Source: Phoronis australis
Lineage: Eukaryota > Animalia > Phoronida
Assembly (NCBI GenBank): GCA_002633005.1
Contig: NMRA01000063.1
Span: 1,109,449-1,173,448 of the forward strand
Direction: 5' to 3'
DNA: 64,000 nucleotides
Shown: piece after piece, positions 1 through 14,242 of the stretch
How positions within the stretch are numbered: the stretch's first letter is position 1
Layout of the letters: the number at the start of each line of letters is the position of its first letter
Program-made: the position numbers and the translations under genes
The notes under the pieces: model-generated
Told to the model about the DNA's origin: nothing
The model's input: the letters and a program-made list of their open reading frames with translations, nothing else
Database searches by the model: none

Positions 1-143
1 ACACTTGTCTAGCGCCCTACACACACTTGTCTAGCGCCCTACACACACTTGTCTAGCGCCCTATATACACTTGTCTAGCGCCCTACACACACTTGTCTAG
101 CGCCCTACACACACTTGTCTAGCGCCCTAAATACACTTGTCTA
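1..143. repeat. 22-bp minisatellite, truncated by the window edge
   Basis: About 6.5 copies of ACACTTGTCTAGCGCCCTACAC. Confidence 0.95.
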
Positions 144-2338
144 GAGATTTACATGCACTTCGATAGTATTTTTCGGGTAGTCACCGGTTTGGGTTTTAGC
201 GAACTTCTGACGAAGATACTTGTTTCAAAATAAAAGCTTAACGGACTTTGCTTAACATGTTTGGTCCGGTCTGTTCCGTTCAACAATAAATCCAAGGATG
301 CGTGTTCGGTTTTAAACCGGTAACAATAGGCACTGGAATGCAAATTGTACGCTTGCAACTCAGATTTCGTGCAAGCCTCATTACAGTTTTACTAGACCGC
401 CCACGAGTTCGAGACGAGGAGTGAGACTAATGGAACTCTAATCACATTGGCTTCTCAGTTCAATCCACTTGCAGCAGCAGTAAAGGCCAGCGAAGAGAGG
501 AATTAACGATCAATACACAACCTTTTGCAGGTGGCTGTATAGAGATGATCAAATGTACAGATAGTGTTAGCAACATTAATTGCACAGACTAATTGCAAAC
601 ATGCATCCACGCTATTATGTAAACGTCAATGTCTGCGCACGTAGAGTCAGTAATTGGAGATATTCCCTTCATAATAATTAGTCGAATTCATGATATCAGA
701 AAATGATAGAGAGAAATACTGAAATCTTCAGATTTACAACTATCCCGTACCAAACGACAAAGGCCCACTTCCATCCGAGATTCAAACAATGATGAATATT
801 TATTTATCATTCTTCCGGGTAAAGCACTAGGTACGCAAACTTCTTCAAAAACTTTTCTTTCAGTTCAGTCGCAATTTTCATACACTCCTTTCGCATAATT
901 TCAGAAAAAGGGCGGCTCCAGGGTCTACTCTCCGAATTCAAGCTCCATTCAAATTCTGACAACGTGGTGTATACGAGAACAATGAGCCCCAATATGTTGA
1001 AAGCATTTTAATCTTGTTCAACTGATAAGGTCATTGACCTCTGTTTCAGTTAATTTAATAAGTCATGTTTGGGAATCGAAGTTTTCTAATAAAATCACTT
1101 TAAACACAACGAATTGTGCTGCTTTGTAGCTCAGGTCGTAACTCATCTTCAACAAATCTTTCCTACTCAACAATAATTCCAAAATGCGATTTTACGCTCC
1201 AAACCGATTAGGTCTCTGAGCAATCATACCGCATGACTCGTGTGCAAATGTTATAGGGCTGCAACGATTCGGATCGCTACTTGAATTTCGATTCTTGCAC
1301 CAAGATTGGATACACGATTCGCGGAAAAATCACGAATTGTCATTATTTTATTTTTTATAATTTATGTGAAAATAAAGATCTCGATACCTCAGTCTTTGTG
1401 CCACTTTGACTGAAATCACTGGTATTTAGTAGTGTACAAACTGCTGCGAGTCGATGGACTGTCACAAAGTGATAACATCATCAACAACAAAGCATCAACA
1501 AAATGTTGAACAGAATTTATCTCTTCAACAGTTGGTCGGGACTTTTTCATCAAACTATGCATACTTGGGTTTTCTTATATGAATCCTTTTGTTTTCAAAA
1601 AAACTGCGAGGTCAAAGACCCTCAACTTCCCCGGCTGGTTTCACGCGACCTTAGATGCCACCTTGCTCGAAAGATAATTTTGCTAATTTTGCAATGAAAG
1701 TAAGTAATAGCTACCCCCAAAAACTGCGTTGGTTAATAAGTATAATTATCAGGTTATCGAGTTTTCAAAACGGAATTTGTCAGTTTAGGAAAGCAAGTTA
1801 TGTATAGTCATCCGAGGGCTTTCACTCGGTTAATTAGTCAAAAAATGAAAACATAATTAGGACTTTCAACAATGATTTCATGTAGCAATCCAAAGTTGGC
1901 ATGGCTGTCAGGCTATTTATGGGACAAAGGGGAGGACTACACTTACTCTACTCTCTACCAAGGCTCACCATTTCTTTAAATATTCAACGCATCTGAAACG
2001 GTTGTCATTGCTGACTTCGTTTCCTAAATAATTATTCTGTGAAATTACTTTTCCAATCTGATTTTGCTACTCGTCTTTTTTTTCTCACGTACACTGAGGC
2101 AATTAACTCTTGACCATTTACGTTAATTTTGACAAGCACAGCACACTGCCCACTGATTCGACTATTTTTATAGCGTCTAGCAACGAAACAGTTAATGAGG
2201 TCGCCTCCACCATTTGAGTTTGCTAACGTTTGCAGAACGCGCTTTTCGGCATAGAACCGAGTGGGCCTCTTTACGGCAGCACTGTTGTTACTGCTCCCTC
2301 TTAGCCTCGTTTCTATGAAGCGCATCTTAAACGAGTAT

Positions 2339-3280
2339 AGGGTCTTTCATACTAACGTCGACGCATCGGTGGTTTGGGGAGTTGCGGTCAGTATGAACGC
2401 TTAACTCCGGTCCTGGATCGCAGTTAACAGTTCCAGTTAACATCGCAGTTACGCTTAACTTCGGTTCAATCGAAGTTATCGCCAGGTGCCACTGTTATCG
2501 TCAACAGTTACAAGGTAGAGTCGTCACTAATAGCTGCTTATATTTTGCGCTAATAATAACCAATCGATTTAAGAATAAGTTTAATGTCACTTAGCACATG
2601 TAAATGTTTCCAAATTGAAACATTGAAAAAAATCTTAGCGTGCAACGCTACCTTCTAGCTGTTTCCCTGCGTGCTTAGCCCCGGCAAGCACGCAGATATC
2701 ACGCAGTGGCACGCTCTTTTATAGCATTGGTCGATGTAACCTCGGCAGTCATTGGTTAGCTTTAGGCTACAACACCGTGAAAAAATGGCCGATTTACCGG
2801 TGTGTTATTCATACTGTATGAATACAGGACACTATCGTAAACAAAAATCATCAACAGCAGAAAGATGCATTCCGAAAAGGCGCAATCACAATTTCTAGGC
2901 TTCAAATTGATCATAAATTTTAAGCACCGATTTGTCTGTACAACAGACCACATTTACACCTAAGTCCATCAGTCATGCCAGTTTGTTTGCGAAAAGCGCT
3001 GCCTGTTGAGAATTCGACAAGCCAATGAGTAACGCCGGAGTAAAAAAATTTCCCGAGGAAAATTAAGTGATACCTGCGTGCTGGCGCGGCTACCGCCCCA
3101 CCTAGCGGCACGCAGGGAATCAGCGAGCGCTACCTTGCGATAACTTCGATGACGACAGCGGCACCAACCGCTTACTTCGATGTTCATTAACTTCCGAAGC
3201 CAGTATGAACGGTCCAGTTAACTGCACTGTGTACGTCGACGCTCCGCTCAGACCGGAGTTAAGTCAATATGAAAGGGCCT
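2339..3280. mobile_element. Non-autonomous TIR element (PIF/Harbinger-like) hosting a nested MITE
   Basis: Ends AGGGTCTTTCATA and TATGAAAGGGCCT are an 11/13 inverted match with TA/TTA flanks; subterminal GTCGAC and TTAAC motifs occur at both ends. The superfamily is inferred. Confidence 0.5.
2655..3127. mobile_element. MULE-like MITE (family M2)
   Basis: TIRs of the form CTCGCTGGTTCCCTGCGTG; exact 9-bp direct flank CGCTACCTT at 2646-2654 and 3128-3136; related copies near 25.6, 29.4 and 42.3 kb. Confidence 0.85.
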
Positions 3281-5454
3281 TATCTTTATGCGAGTTGAAA
3301 TATGCTTCTTCAAAGTGTACTGCTTTTCAACCAACGTGCAGAATTGCTTAATTACCGCGTAGTATTAGTTGTTTAACGCGCACAATTGATTATCCAATGC
3401 GCTTACCTTTAAGTAGTCTACGTTCTTTATTCCAGTACGCGTACTGGGTTATGTCCAATCAAAAACTACAGACAGTACAGGATCAAGTTGAAAGTATCGA
3501 ACCGGAACATTGCAAACTGTCATAAGTCCAACGAAGGCCCAACAAGCGAAATGTTCAACACATTTAGAAAGCAAATTAAACCGTTATTTAATACATCTAG
3601 GCCTAGATTCACGCGCTAACGTGCAAAACTCGCACGCGATAACAATTGACAAGCTTGGACTTCCATGTATTTTAGCCAAAGACATTATAGAGTATCTTTA
3701 ATTGTTTTAGCCATGTCGCCTCGAAACGTTAACTAATACTCAGTGTATCATACCAACAGGTCCCATTGATTGCGACTCGTTTCCGTCAAAGAGACATTAT
3801 TAACTTACATACCAGTGATCGATCAATATATTTGAACAACATGACAAACTCCCGTCATTGTGGCCAATAGACAGAGACCTCGTCACACTTAGTATTCTTG
3901 AAACGACGACATGGGACGATTAATTGTGATAAATTACCTTTTCGAGTGACGAAGTAAGCGGCAGGCACTCGAAGTAACAAAGAAACACTTTGGCAGATTA
4001 ACCGCGAATTCTGATAATAAATCCTGTGCCTATGTAGCTACACTTAGGTAGTATTTTCGTAAACAAGTTTTAACAGTAAAATGTTCACTAGAATGTTACT
4101 TGCAGCCCGTACGGATCAAACGGACTAGAAAACGCTCTTCATCAACAGAAAACATGAAACTGAATTCCATCATAATGAGTGAGTACCATCGACACGGTGA
4201 GACGTGCAAACATTGATCATTCTTGAATTTCTGTTTGCATAAGTTGTTGATAGGTTTGTGGTTGCCAAGGAGTTCCACTAGGGTTTGTGAAACCAAGGAG
4301 AAATTCATAATATATCGGTGATGTTAAATTGATGGTGTTTTTTTTTTTAAAGCGTCACTACATTTGCTGGTGGTTTTGCGGACACAGCCCAGCATATACA
4401 ATCTCAGCTGCATAGCCCATCATTAAAATTGTAGTGATATGGAACGGACAGCTCACGCAAGATAAGTCTAAGTTAAATTAATCAACATTTGCTCTGCTAT
4501 TATCGACATCGAAGACATCAATTTCTGCTTGTATCGCTATTTGACCCCATACTAAATTCACTCGTATTTCTGTACTGGAATATATGACGAGACTACATGA
4601 AGAGACAGATTCGACAGGTGACGCAACTATTGGATATGAACCAGTTAACGTTCTGGTGTTGAACTGGAAGCTAGAAAATCATTTGCCGATATCCTGACCG
4701 AAAAAATAGTAATTCTCTGCAAAAGTGAACATAGATGCAGCGATTGATTAGCATGGTAAGTCCTATGATCAATTAGGCGGATACATGTTAATTTTCTTCA
4801 TGCATGTATTTGTGGCGGTCAACACAAAATCAGGAAAAGAACTAGGTTGATAACCTCTATGAAGGCAAAACGTTTCATTGCCATTGAGAGGGAGTCTGCG
4901 TTTGATATGGGACATTCCATGTTTGAAATGGTGGACGAACGATGTCAAAATTGTTGTAATTTTGGCATTATTTTTAATTCCCATGGCCAGGGGATCGAAA
5001 CGACTCAGTGGCAGCGCATTTAAATTCCAGCTGCTGTCCTCTAAACCCCAACCCTGGACTAGCAGACATGAAATCCGAAGTACTTATACCATATCCCGTC
5101 CCAATAAACGCTACAGGCGTACCAAAAATGTTCCATCGAGTGAGCAAATACTAGTTCCGAGGGCCAGTCCAGGTGGGGAATCTGGTCCCCGGCACTGTAG
5201 TTAATCTCACCTGTATAGCAGTGTGTGCAGCAGGTTTTTAGCATACTTTATGGAGGTTAAGGGCGCGGTACTGCAGATATGTACAGCGAAATTGGTGTCG
5301 GCTGCTCTGGAACTGGGGGTTTAGAAGTTAGTAGTTAGAATTTAGACTAGAGACATAACTATGGAATCGTTTCCAACCCCTGATAGTCCAAAATGATCTT
5401 AAGGTATGGAATCATGGGCTTGCGAGTGACGCGGCAGCGTTCTCAAAATTGCGA

Positions 5455-5612
5455 CCTGCCTCCCGTTCAGTAACGCTAGGACCTCGCTAAAAGGCAAGGC
5501 TTCGCGAGATTACGTGAGATATTGCCGTGCATGTTGAATGAGAACACGTGACTTTGACTAGCTTTTAGCTAGGTCCTAGCGTAGGTCCTAGCGTCTACTG
5601 AACGCACGCCTG
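5455..5612. mobile_element. ~160-bp MITE (family M1)
   Basis: Inverted ends GTTCAGTAACGCTAGGACCT / AGGTCCTAGCGT(C)TACTGAAC; copies at 7820-7976, 47546-47753 and 47929-48036, plus a partial copy at 25490-25580. Confidence 0.85.
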
Positions 5613-7388
5613 CTTTCCGTGAATCATACATAGAGCATCCGTTAACCACTAGCTAACAGGCATATGCCTATTTGCTGAATAGTAAGGACACTCGCCGGTT
5701 TTATCAAGGCTGGCTGATTCTATTTCTGGGTTGGGTGAGCTCAGGAGCGACGCAGCACTGAAAAAAATGGGACTATAGCTCTACCAGCACCCTATGGCGT
5801 GCCGTCCGAGCATGATTTTCTACAGTAATCTAGACAATGCAAGAATCGACGAAGTAATAGTTATACACCAATGAATTCGACTGACTTGTCCCATACTCAG
5901 GCATCACTCACAAATTTGTGCCATCTACTAGCGAAGACCTTCCCGCGTGATTGAAACTGAAAGCCGTGTTGCCGCATTCACCACAAACACCATGCCGAAA
6001 ATGTTTTAAAATAATGCGAAATGTCGAAAAGCAAACGCCCACATGTCCTATCAAGTAAACATAGTGCAAACAATACTTGTGAGACTCAAAAGTTGACCAA
6101 TTTAGCGCTAAAACAATTGTCTGTGAACCCTAAGGTAACGAGGCCAAAAACAAGCTCATTGTTTTTTTCAGGTTCAAACAAACCTAGAAGCCAAGAACAT
6201 CTAAAAAGATGTGTTATGTTTACCTTTGTTGTGCACACCAATAGATGTGTTGGCATGCAGATGTAACATTCATGTGATCAGATAAGCTCCATGTATCAAA
6301 TGTTTTTAACATAACACAAAACATTTAGTAAAAACAACTATGCAAACATGAACCTGTAAAAACAGCTTCTATGCACCCGCAAGACCTTGACCAATTAACA
6401 TTATGAAAGTGGCCTCAGAACCTTTATACTCGAGTTAAAGTGATTTATGGGCTTAGAGAAGGACTAGTAACAAGCTCTATAAATGTAATTTGGCGATGGC
6501 CAGCCGGTCATTCAAGGTGTCGAGCGATGCCCAACTGGTCATTCAAAGCGTCGAGCGATACCCAGCCGGTCATTCAAGGCGCCGAGCAATAACCTACAGA
6601 CAGTTCTTGCCAAACCTCTAAATCGCTCGTAAACCGAGAATGAAACAGGTCGAGATAAAAAGTTATTTTTAGCAAAAGGCGGGCGTGCATACCTATGACA
6701 TCTATGGTTTTCTTTAACCTTTTCAAATTTTTGCTCAAGGCAAGCAGGCATTAAAATAACAAAACTGCTTTTCGAATGTGACATTTGTCATCTGTAAGTC
6801 TACAGTGGTATTCGAATGTGACATTTATCATCTTAAGTCTACAGAGGCGAAGACTTAGTGAATCAAGAAGCACCTGAAAATTGGCTGTTTAAAAAAATAA
6901 AGAAGTTATATTTTTAAAAAGAATACCTCACAGTAACAAGGAATTGGTGATCATTCATTTCATTTAGGGGGTCATTCTTTGAAGGATGTTCCATTGACAA
7001 CACAAAAACATAAATGATGGAATATCATTGTTGATAGTGTGAGATGGTTACAAGTGCGACAAGGCCGTGAACAAGTGTCAGCCAGACATGTCTGATGCCA
7101 AATAGAAATAACTGATCACGATGCCATCGTTTGGTGCTTTTGGCATCAATTGCCGTCCATCCCGTTAATTTGGAAAATCACGAGTGGATTTCTTCATTTA
7201 CAAGTCTTCAACAGTCTTATCATGAGGGTACTTAGGCTATAAACCCTCTCCCTTCAAATGTGGGGAAGTGGAGCCCTTGCTCGAAAACATTGATTTGGGA
7301 AACCGACAAGACTTCAGAAAACAAAAATGGGTCTGTGTGCATAAATTAAATACAAGCCAGATCCAATACCCAAACCATTGAAAGCTTT

Positions 7389-8812
7389 AAACAAGAGCGC
7401 CCTCGAATGCACCACAAACGTGTGCTTCTAGGGGTGTTCATTTGGAACATAAAAATGGCCACTAGATGGCGCAGAATACGTCGAATCCATCTGAAAATCT
7501 CGCTGGTTCCCAGCGTACCGCTAGGTGGTAACTAGCGTACTGACTCGGCACGCAGGGAACCAACAAGGCTGAAAACTGGTATGTGTCATCAAAGCTATTT
7601 ACCACATTCCATAAAAATCCGTCAAGAAACTTCTGAGTAACCGAAAAAACCTAAAATCTGAAATTGCCCCTAAAAGGCTGTAGACGCAAAAAAAACGTAA
7701 TTACCACTAAGAGGCGCCACAGTGGATGAAGTCGTCGGAAAATCATCGTCACACTTCCTCTTCACATGCATGCCAATTTCCACAAACATCCTTAGAGTGG
7801 TTTGGTTGACATCGAACAACAGGCGTGCGTTCAGTAACGCTAGGACCTACGCTAGGACCTAGCTAAAATCTAGCCTAAGTCACGTGCTCTCACTTGAAAT
7901 ACACGACAATTTCTCGCGTAATCTCACAAAGTCTTGCTTTTTAGTGAGGTCCTAGCCTTACTGAACGGGAGGCAGGACTCGAAAACAGTAAAAATGGCCA
8001 CTAGATGGCGCAAAATACCATGAATCAAACTAAAATGCGGAGGATAGCGTTAACTCAGTGATACCTACCTGCCAAATTTTATGAAAATCCGTTGAGGACA
8101 TTTGAAGATACAGAGGTAAAATTAAAAAAACTAAAATGGCCACTAGGGGGCACGCCGGTAGCCCGATCCGTCCGAAAGCCGTCATTCTCTGTTGTCAACT
8201 TCATACAAATACACAAGAAAAATTCAATAAAGATCATGTAGAGCGTTTAGGAGATACAGCATTGGGCGCAAAAACAGACAACACTGTCACTAAGAGGCGT
8301 CGTAGTAGTCTTAGTCGTCGGAAAATCATCGTCAGCCGCCCTCTTCACAGTAAGAACATTGTATGCCATTACAATTTTCAAAATCATCTCTATAGCGGTT
8401 TGGTTGATAAAAAGAGCAGACGTCAAAAAGGGACTCGAAAACAGTAATAATGGCCACTAGGTGGCGCAAAGTACCTCGAATCCGTCCGAAAACGGGAGGA
8501 TGGCACCATCTCACAATTAGATGCCTAACTGCTAAATTTTATGAAAATCCGCTGAGGACCTCCGAAGATACAGTGGTAAGCGTAAAAAACTAAAATGGTC
8601 ACTAGGGGGCACACCGGTAGTCAGAGAGGTCCAAAATTCATCGTCATCCGTCGTCAGCTTCACAGGAACACATCTGCCAAATCTCATCAACATGCTGTGA
8701 GGGGTTTAGGGGATTCAGCTAAGGACGCTGAACGCTGGACGACGGACGCCGCACGCCCAGACAGAGAAGACGGCAACATGCGACCACATATAAATATATG
8801 GGCGCATAAAAA
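7389..8812 (-). mobile_element. Helentron/DINE-1-like non-autonomous element (HINE), copy A
   Basis: On the - strand it starts TTTTATGCGCCC followed by a palindrome and a GTCY-like tract, and ends CTCTTGTTT. It contains ~145-bp internal monomers with CCACTAGRKGGCRC, and nested M1 (7820-7976) and mini-M2 (~7499-7563) elements. Confidence 0.8.
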
Positions 8813-9409
8813 TGATGTGTTGCTCCTTTGTGTGTTCCCCTGCAGCTGAAAAGGGTTATGACTGACCAGGTCAATCGCCAAGTAATAATTTTCAAAGTGC
8901 TTAGCAACTGAAAGCACCACGTAAAATCTGGACTTATGTTTAATTCTGTCAAAATGACGCCTATACTATACAAGCCCAAGTTATTTCTCGAATTCCTACA
9001 AGAGTTGCATGTGGCTTTCCATGCCATAGCTCGCTGCAAAAAGCTCTTCTGCTCGTATGTGTAGGGTGATGAGTCCTCAGGAAAGGCTTTTCTTTAATCT
9101 TATCGACAAGATGCTCTTTCTCTGAGGACGAGAGTCAGTATGAGGGGTGGGGCGGACTTTCTGTAGGAACATGTATCGGAAAATAGTAATTTGACAACAC
9201 TTTTATTCTAGTATCATATCAAGTTAAGCACTTCCAAAAAATGTTACACTTCATGTGTCAGGCAACTATTTTATAGCCCATTGAGATTATCCCGGCGTAG
9301 GATCTATAGACAGCGTGTACGGGATACGAATGTGGCGCTCAGATGGATTGGTTTGTCGAAGGCAATTTCCTAACGAAAGGTTAGCAATCCACCTAAGTCC
9401 TGTACGACA

Positions 9410-9720
9410 GGGTACACGTTATAGCGTAGTAACTCTAAAAAAGGAACACTTTATAGCGTAGTAACTCTAACAAGGGTACACCCACTTTATAGCCTACTAA
9501 CTCTAAAATGGGTACACTTTATAGCCTAGTAACTCTAAAAAGGGTACACTTTATAGCCTAGTAACTCTAAAAAGGGTACACTTTATAGCCTAGTAACTCT
9601 AAAAAGGGTAAACCGACTTTAAAGCCTAGTAACTCTAAAAAGGGTACACTTTATAGCCTGGTAACTCTAAAAAGGATACACTTTATAGCCTGGTAACTCT
9701 AAAAAGGGTACACTCTAACA
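9410..9720. repeat. ~32-bp minisatellite
   Basis: Tandem GGGTACACTTTATAGCCTAGTAACTCTAAAAA, about 9 copies. Confidence 0.95.
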
Positions 9721-11052
9721 AGGATCCCTTTCAACCAGCGTAGTAGTACTCTATACAAGATTTCATATTTTTTTAGGTGTGTCTCAAAAGACTACAGTCC
9801 AGAGGCTTCTTTATTGAATTAAAATTCATAAAGTAAGCCTTTGTCAGTTAACACTTAACTTAAGGATGCAAACTTGTTAGTCCTTCAAAACTTCCAAATT
9901 GGTTTCATTTTAACCGTGTTACTCTCTAAACTAGAACAATTCTCAGCCGTTTATGGTCCCACGTGACTAGCTAACTTAAAAAGATTGATGTGTTTTCATT
10001 GGTAACAAATTAACAAATATTACAAACGCAAGTTTTGCTCAAGGTGCGCAACTAACACGTTATAATGTCTTCGATACCCAGAAGAGAGACCTCAGGTAGC
10101 TTTGCTATCAGGTAACAGTTACGAGTTGTTCTCGCAGTTTATTTAACGCCGACGAACAATTGTGTTTCAATCTTGCGATGTTGCAAGTCACCCAAGTTCT
10201 GTTAGGAAATTAGTTTCAGTAAAGGATTTGTTTTTCATATCTCGGAAGTAAACGCAGCTAATGTAATCGGAAGTGTGCAACCATGCAAAGTAATTCACAT
10301 ACGCGGAAATTACCATGATAGTATTAATTGGTAAAATCGACACTACACTGTATCTTGTTCAGTGGCCATTAAGTACAACCTGCATGCTTCGTGGAAAAGC
10401 TCAACACAACAGTTACATGTAGATGCCACAGTACTTCGTAACCCTTTGTAAGGGTGATATTTCTACTTTATTGGTGGCAAATGAAAATATCACAGAGGGT
10501 TTTTAATTGAACACGTACTTATTCGTGTTTGGTGCAGTGTAAAATAAACCGATGCTTTAGGCGCCATATGCGTGTGTTTCATTAACACAATATAAACGTT
10601 GTGTTGACTTAACGACCGTTTAGTTTCCGCCCTTCCGTACGCACTTCACTGAACGCGAGACAAGCTTTTAGCCCGCAAGTATATTGACTATCGGTAATAC
10701 AAGTAGCAGGAGTACCTTAGGCTAACGTAATAATTAATAGCTAACTATCGCTAATTATATCGAGCCTAGCGCACGTAACAGTTGCTTCATATCTGACGTA
10801 AGCAATATAAAACACAGTGTGTTCGTTCATAAATCGCTCTTAGCTAGAAAAGAGAACGAACGCGATGATCCTTTACTGAGGACTGGGGCATGTTTGCTAT
10901 CGGGCATGCAGTGCAATTGTTTTGAGTATGCATAGGCCTCTGGAATCATCCGATCGCAGGCATTCAGTAAATGTTCACGAAGTAAGTAACCGCCTCATTT
11001 AATGAAGACCTGTTTTCAAAAAATGATGAGCAAAATGCTGATTATGTCTCAC

Positions 11053-11561
11053 CTGAAATCCTTCTCGTATCTCTTCAATTCTATGTGATGAGAAGAGCTC
11101 GTACCAGAGCTCTCTCCGGACACACCCTGACGCTTGCCTTTGTGTCCTTTCGCCTTCTCCTCGGAAATTGTGGCCAAAATGTCGGGCTTGCCATCTTTAT
11201 GTACCTTATGTTGCAGAACAGAACGCAATTTATCAATTTCTTCCTTCAAACGCAAATTCTCCACATCCTTCTCGCTTAGCTGTTTGTCTTTTTGTTTTAT
11301 GATAGTTTCCAACTGCCCAAGTGTCACTTTAGCGTGTTTCAATTCCGCGTGAATCTGAGGAACAATGATTTTCAATTTGCTGTATTCTATTGTCTCCCCA
11401 TCGACCACAATGTGTGAGGCACTGGCCCCGTTGCCCATACCAACGTGGGGGTCAACGTGGTCACAAACAGCGTGTCCTGTAAACCCTTCTTGCTGGCTGG
11501 TTGGAGTAGCGCTCCTACACGACTCGTCAAGATTTCTCGGCAATTTATCGAATTGTGGCAT
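11053..11561 (-). CDS. PRKG: cGMP-dependent protein kinase, first coding exon (leucine-zipper dimerisation and autoinhibitory region); gene continues beyond the left edge
   Basis: MGNGAS start at 11438, heptad coiled coil ending in EIDKLRSVL, pseudosubstrate KRQGVSGES, then YEKDFR followed by donor AG|GTGAGA at 11053/11052. Probable acceptor TTTTCAG| at 11809/11808. A second in-frame ATG lies at 11561. Family recognised from motifs; the paralog is not resolved. Confidence 0.88.
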
Positions 11562-13906
11562 ACTTGTAGTTGCTCTGTGTGACGTCACGGTGCGTGTGAT
11601 TTATGATTGGTCTTTGCGCAGTGGTGATGCGGCTTTCCGTCTCGAGTTGAATGTGTATCGATGAGAAAGTCGATTCGTTTGTCGACGTAATTGGTCACTG
11701 ATGTTTGCAAACACAGCATAAATTTTATTTCCCTTGCTGATGTTTCCTGATAGATTTCTGTTCGATCAAACTACGGAATAGTCACCGCGGTAATTCCTCT
11801 GGACGAATCTGAAAATGCAACACAATTCATTAGAACAGACGTGCGTAAAACGCTTCTACGACTACGAAAAAATGTCAGTTAATTGCAGTAATGCCAATTA
11901 GAATCCGTGACTAAGCTGTGTGGATCCCAACACACTCAGATCGGGTTGAAGCTGGGTGGCAACTATGCTCACGGCCAGTCCTGGTGAGTTACAATAAGAT
12001 AAGCTTTTGATCACCGTCCTTCTTCAGGACAACCGTACCGAGACGTGTCCAAACATATTAACAAAAACCATTGTTTTATAACATCGATGCTCAGATGCCT
12101 GAACAAATGCCAAACTTACAACAATTTGAACACTCGTTTGCATACACACCGTACGAATGTAGTTCATTCATTACGCTGTAGTGAATGAACTACGTTCTAA
12201 TACTGTGATCAAAGTAATTTGTTTACATGAACAGCTGAGTGTGAAGACTTGCCTCCACTTAGCGACACCAATTGGCTTCAATAAAAACTATGTTAGATTA
12301 CGAGGATGACTTGCTAGAGGAAGAACTACGACCTCGTGTATTCTAAAAGAATTTGCAAACACCACCAACTCAACTTCACGAAGTTTTATAGTGTAGTCGC
12401 ATCCATTAAAGTAATATAGTTGACACAATGAACCACACAATACCATTAAATGTTTTAACCGAAATTTACAAAGTAATTTCATTTGTGAACTGCCGCCAAT
12501 GTGCTTCAACGCGTATAGATAAAACATGTCCTCCCATTGTGGTTATGTTGAATAATATATAAACACATATAAAAGACGAACCTACATTGAAATCTATTGT
12601 TGCATTACCTACCCTCCTTTATCGCCGGCAGAGTCTCCATAGGCCTTACTTTTTGAAAATACATAAATGGCCATACACAACACAAACGCAGCCCAACTCT
12701 AGTCGTATTTATCATCCACCGGTTGGCTTTGTAAACGAGAGCGTGTTGTCACGTGAGTTCACTGGTGAACACATGTTAGATCTACTTGAAATGTCGAAAA
12801 CATAATTTGTGGTAATCATTATAAAATACAAAGAAAATGGTGTTCAAGGTATTTGCACCCCGGCCAACCCGCGATCGGGAACGACCGGAAAGCGATCGAG
12901 AACGCCACTTTGCCGCAAAAATGGCAGACGACGATGATGTACCTGGTGAGTCTTAGTGTCATTTTCTTCTTAAATAGTGGCTACTTTGGCACGAATGCGA
13001 CACAGAGAAAAGCGTCAGAGCTTAACCTTTGTTGCCGATATGAAATGATGCTTGGCTTTTGCTTATTTTATCAAATAAAGGGCCCAGAAAGTANAGAAAA
13101 TCCACACGTGTTTAAATTGTTTGTGTGAAACTTGCTGCGCACCAGTAACCAGGATGTGCCCCTGTCCTCGCTTAGTTTCTGTTCGCGACTGTGATGGCTC
13201 AAGTGTGAAGAACTTGTTAACAATGGCCATCCGGTCATGTTATGTCTGCTTTGCCCCAGTTTTGCCATCCGGCGACGTATAATTTTACAGACATTTCCCA
13301 GCAGATGTGTTGTTTTCATAGTTCAATAGCGCGTGTGTTGTGTAACCAGGTGCAATGCCAACGTCGATGAAAAAAAAAATGATGGAGGAGTGTGATATTT
13401 GGTTCATCAACTGTTGTACTTTTTGGTGCGCAAATGGTTTTTAAAGCGGATACCGGTACGTCGTCCGAGTGCTATTAGAGTCGTTAATTACTTCGTCACC
13501 TTGGTTCCTAAGTACTCCAGACCCTTCTACTTTGGCTGATACCGAAGGGAACAAAAAAACTTTAATTGCAGATTATCAGAAACATACGCCGAATCCAACA
13601 ACGTGAATCGATGCACATGAAAGCATTTAATCTTACATATCAGCCCAGGCAGGTTTACTTCAGTGGAGGGATAATCGTTTCTGCTCTCTCTCCACCAACT
13701 GAACCTACCCCCACAGCTTTGTCAAATTACACCATCATTTGCTTTACGGTAGATCCGCAACTCAAGTGACCACATTTCACCTTCGACCAATCCCTCCTCC
13801 CCCGTTGGCCACACCCCACCTTCGACCACCCTCCACCTTCTATCATCCTCTAGCTTCCATCGGCGACCCGCAGCACTGAAAAAGTGTATGTCAGTAGTCC
13901 CCTCAG

Positions 13907-14052
13907 CAGTGGCGGATTTAGAGGGGGTCCAAGCGGGCCATGCCCCCCACCCTAAAATTCTCTCAGATTCCATTTGGCAGAATATCTGACAGGAAAAATC
14001 CTGGCTAATACTCTGCCCTACCCCCCAACTCAAAATCCTGGATCCGCCCCTG
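13907..14052. mobile_element. Short MITE with 5-bp TSD (hAT5-like)
   Basis: CAGTGGCGGAT...ATCCGCCCCTG, flanked by CTCAG on both sides. Confidence 0.8.
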
Positions 14053-14242
14053 CTCAGCCCCCTATGGTGCGCCACTCATGGACCATGGGCAACGCAGCAC
14101 TAAAAAAAGTGTGGAGGCTAGCCCCCTCCCCAGCCCACTATGGTGCACTGCCTTGCCTTCATCAATATACAGGTGAGTACTCTCTCACTGGAAAATTGTT
14201 ATCATGTGCGATGACAGTATGCTTTAGCTTTCTTCCTGACCG

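Noticed and set aside
9410-9720. CRISPR-like repeat arrays
   Set aside because: Head-to-tail repeats with no unique spacers, no cas genes, and a eukaryotic context
144-11052. Second PKG exon (start of the cNMP-binding domain)
   Set aside because: No matching peptide recognised on the - strand; it probably lies beyond the window, though a short exon could be missed by eye
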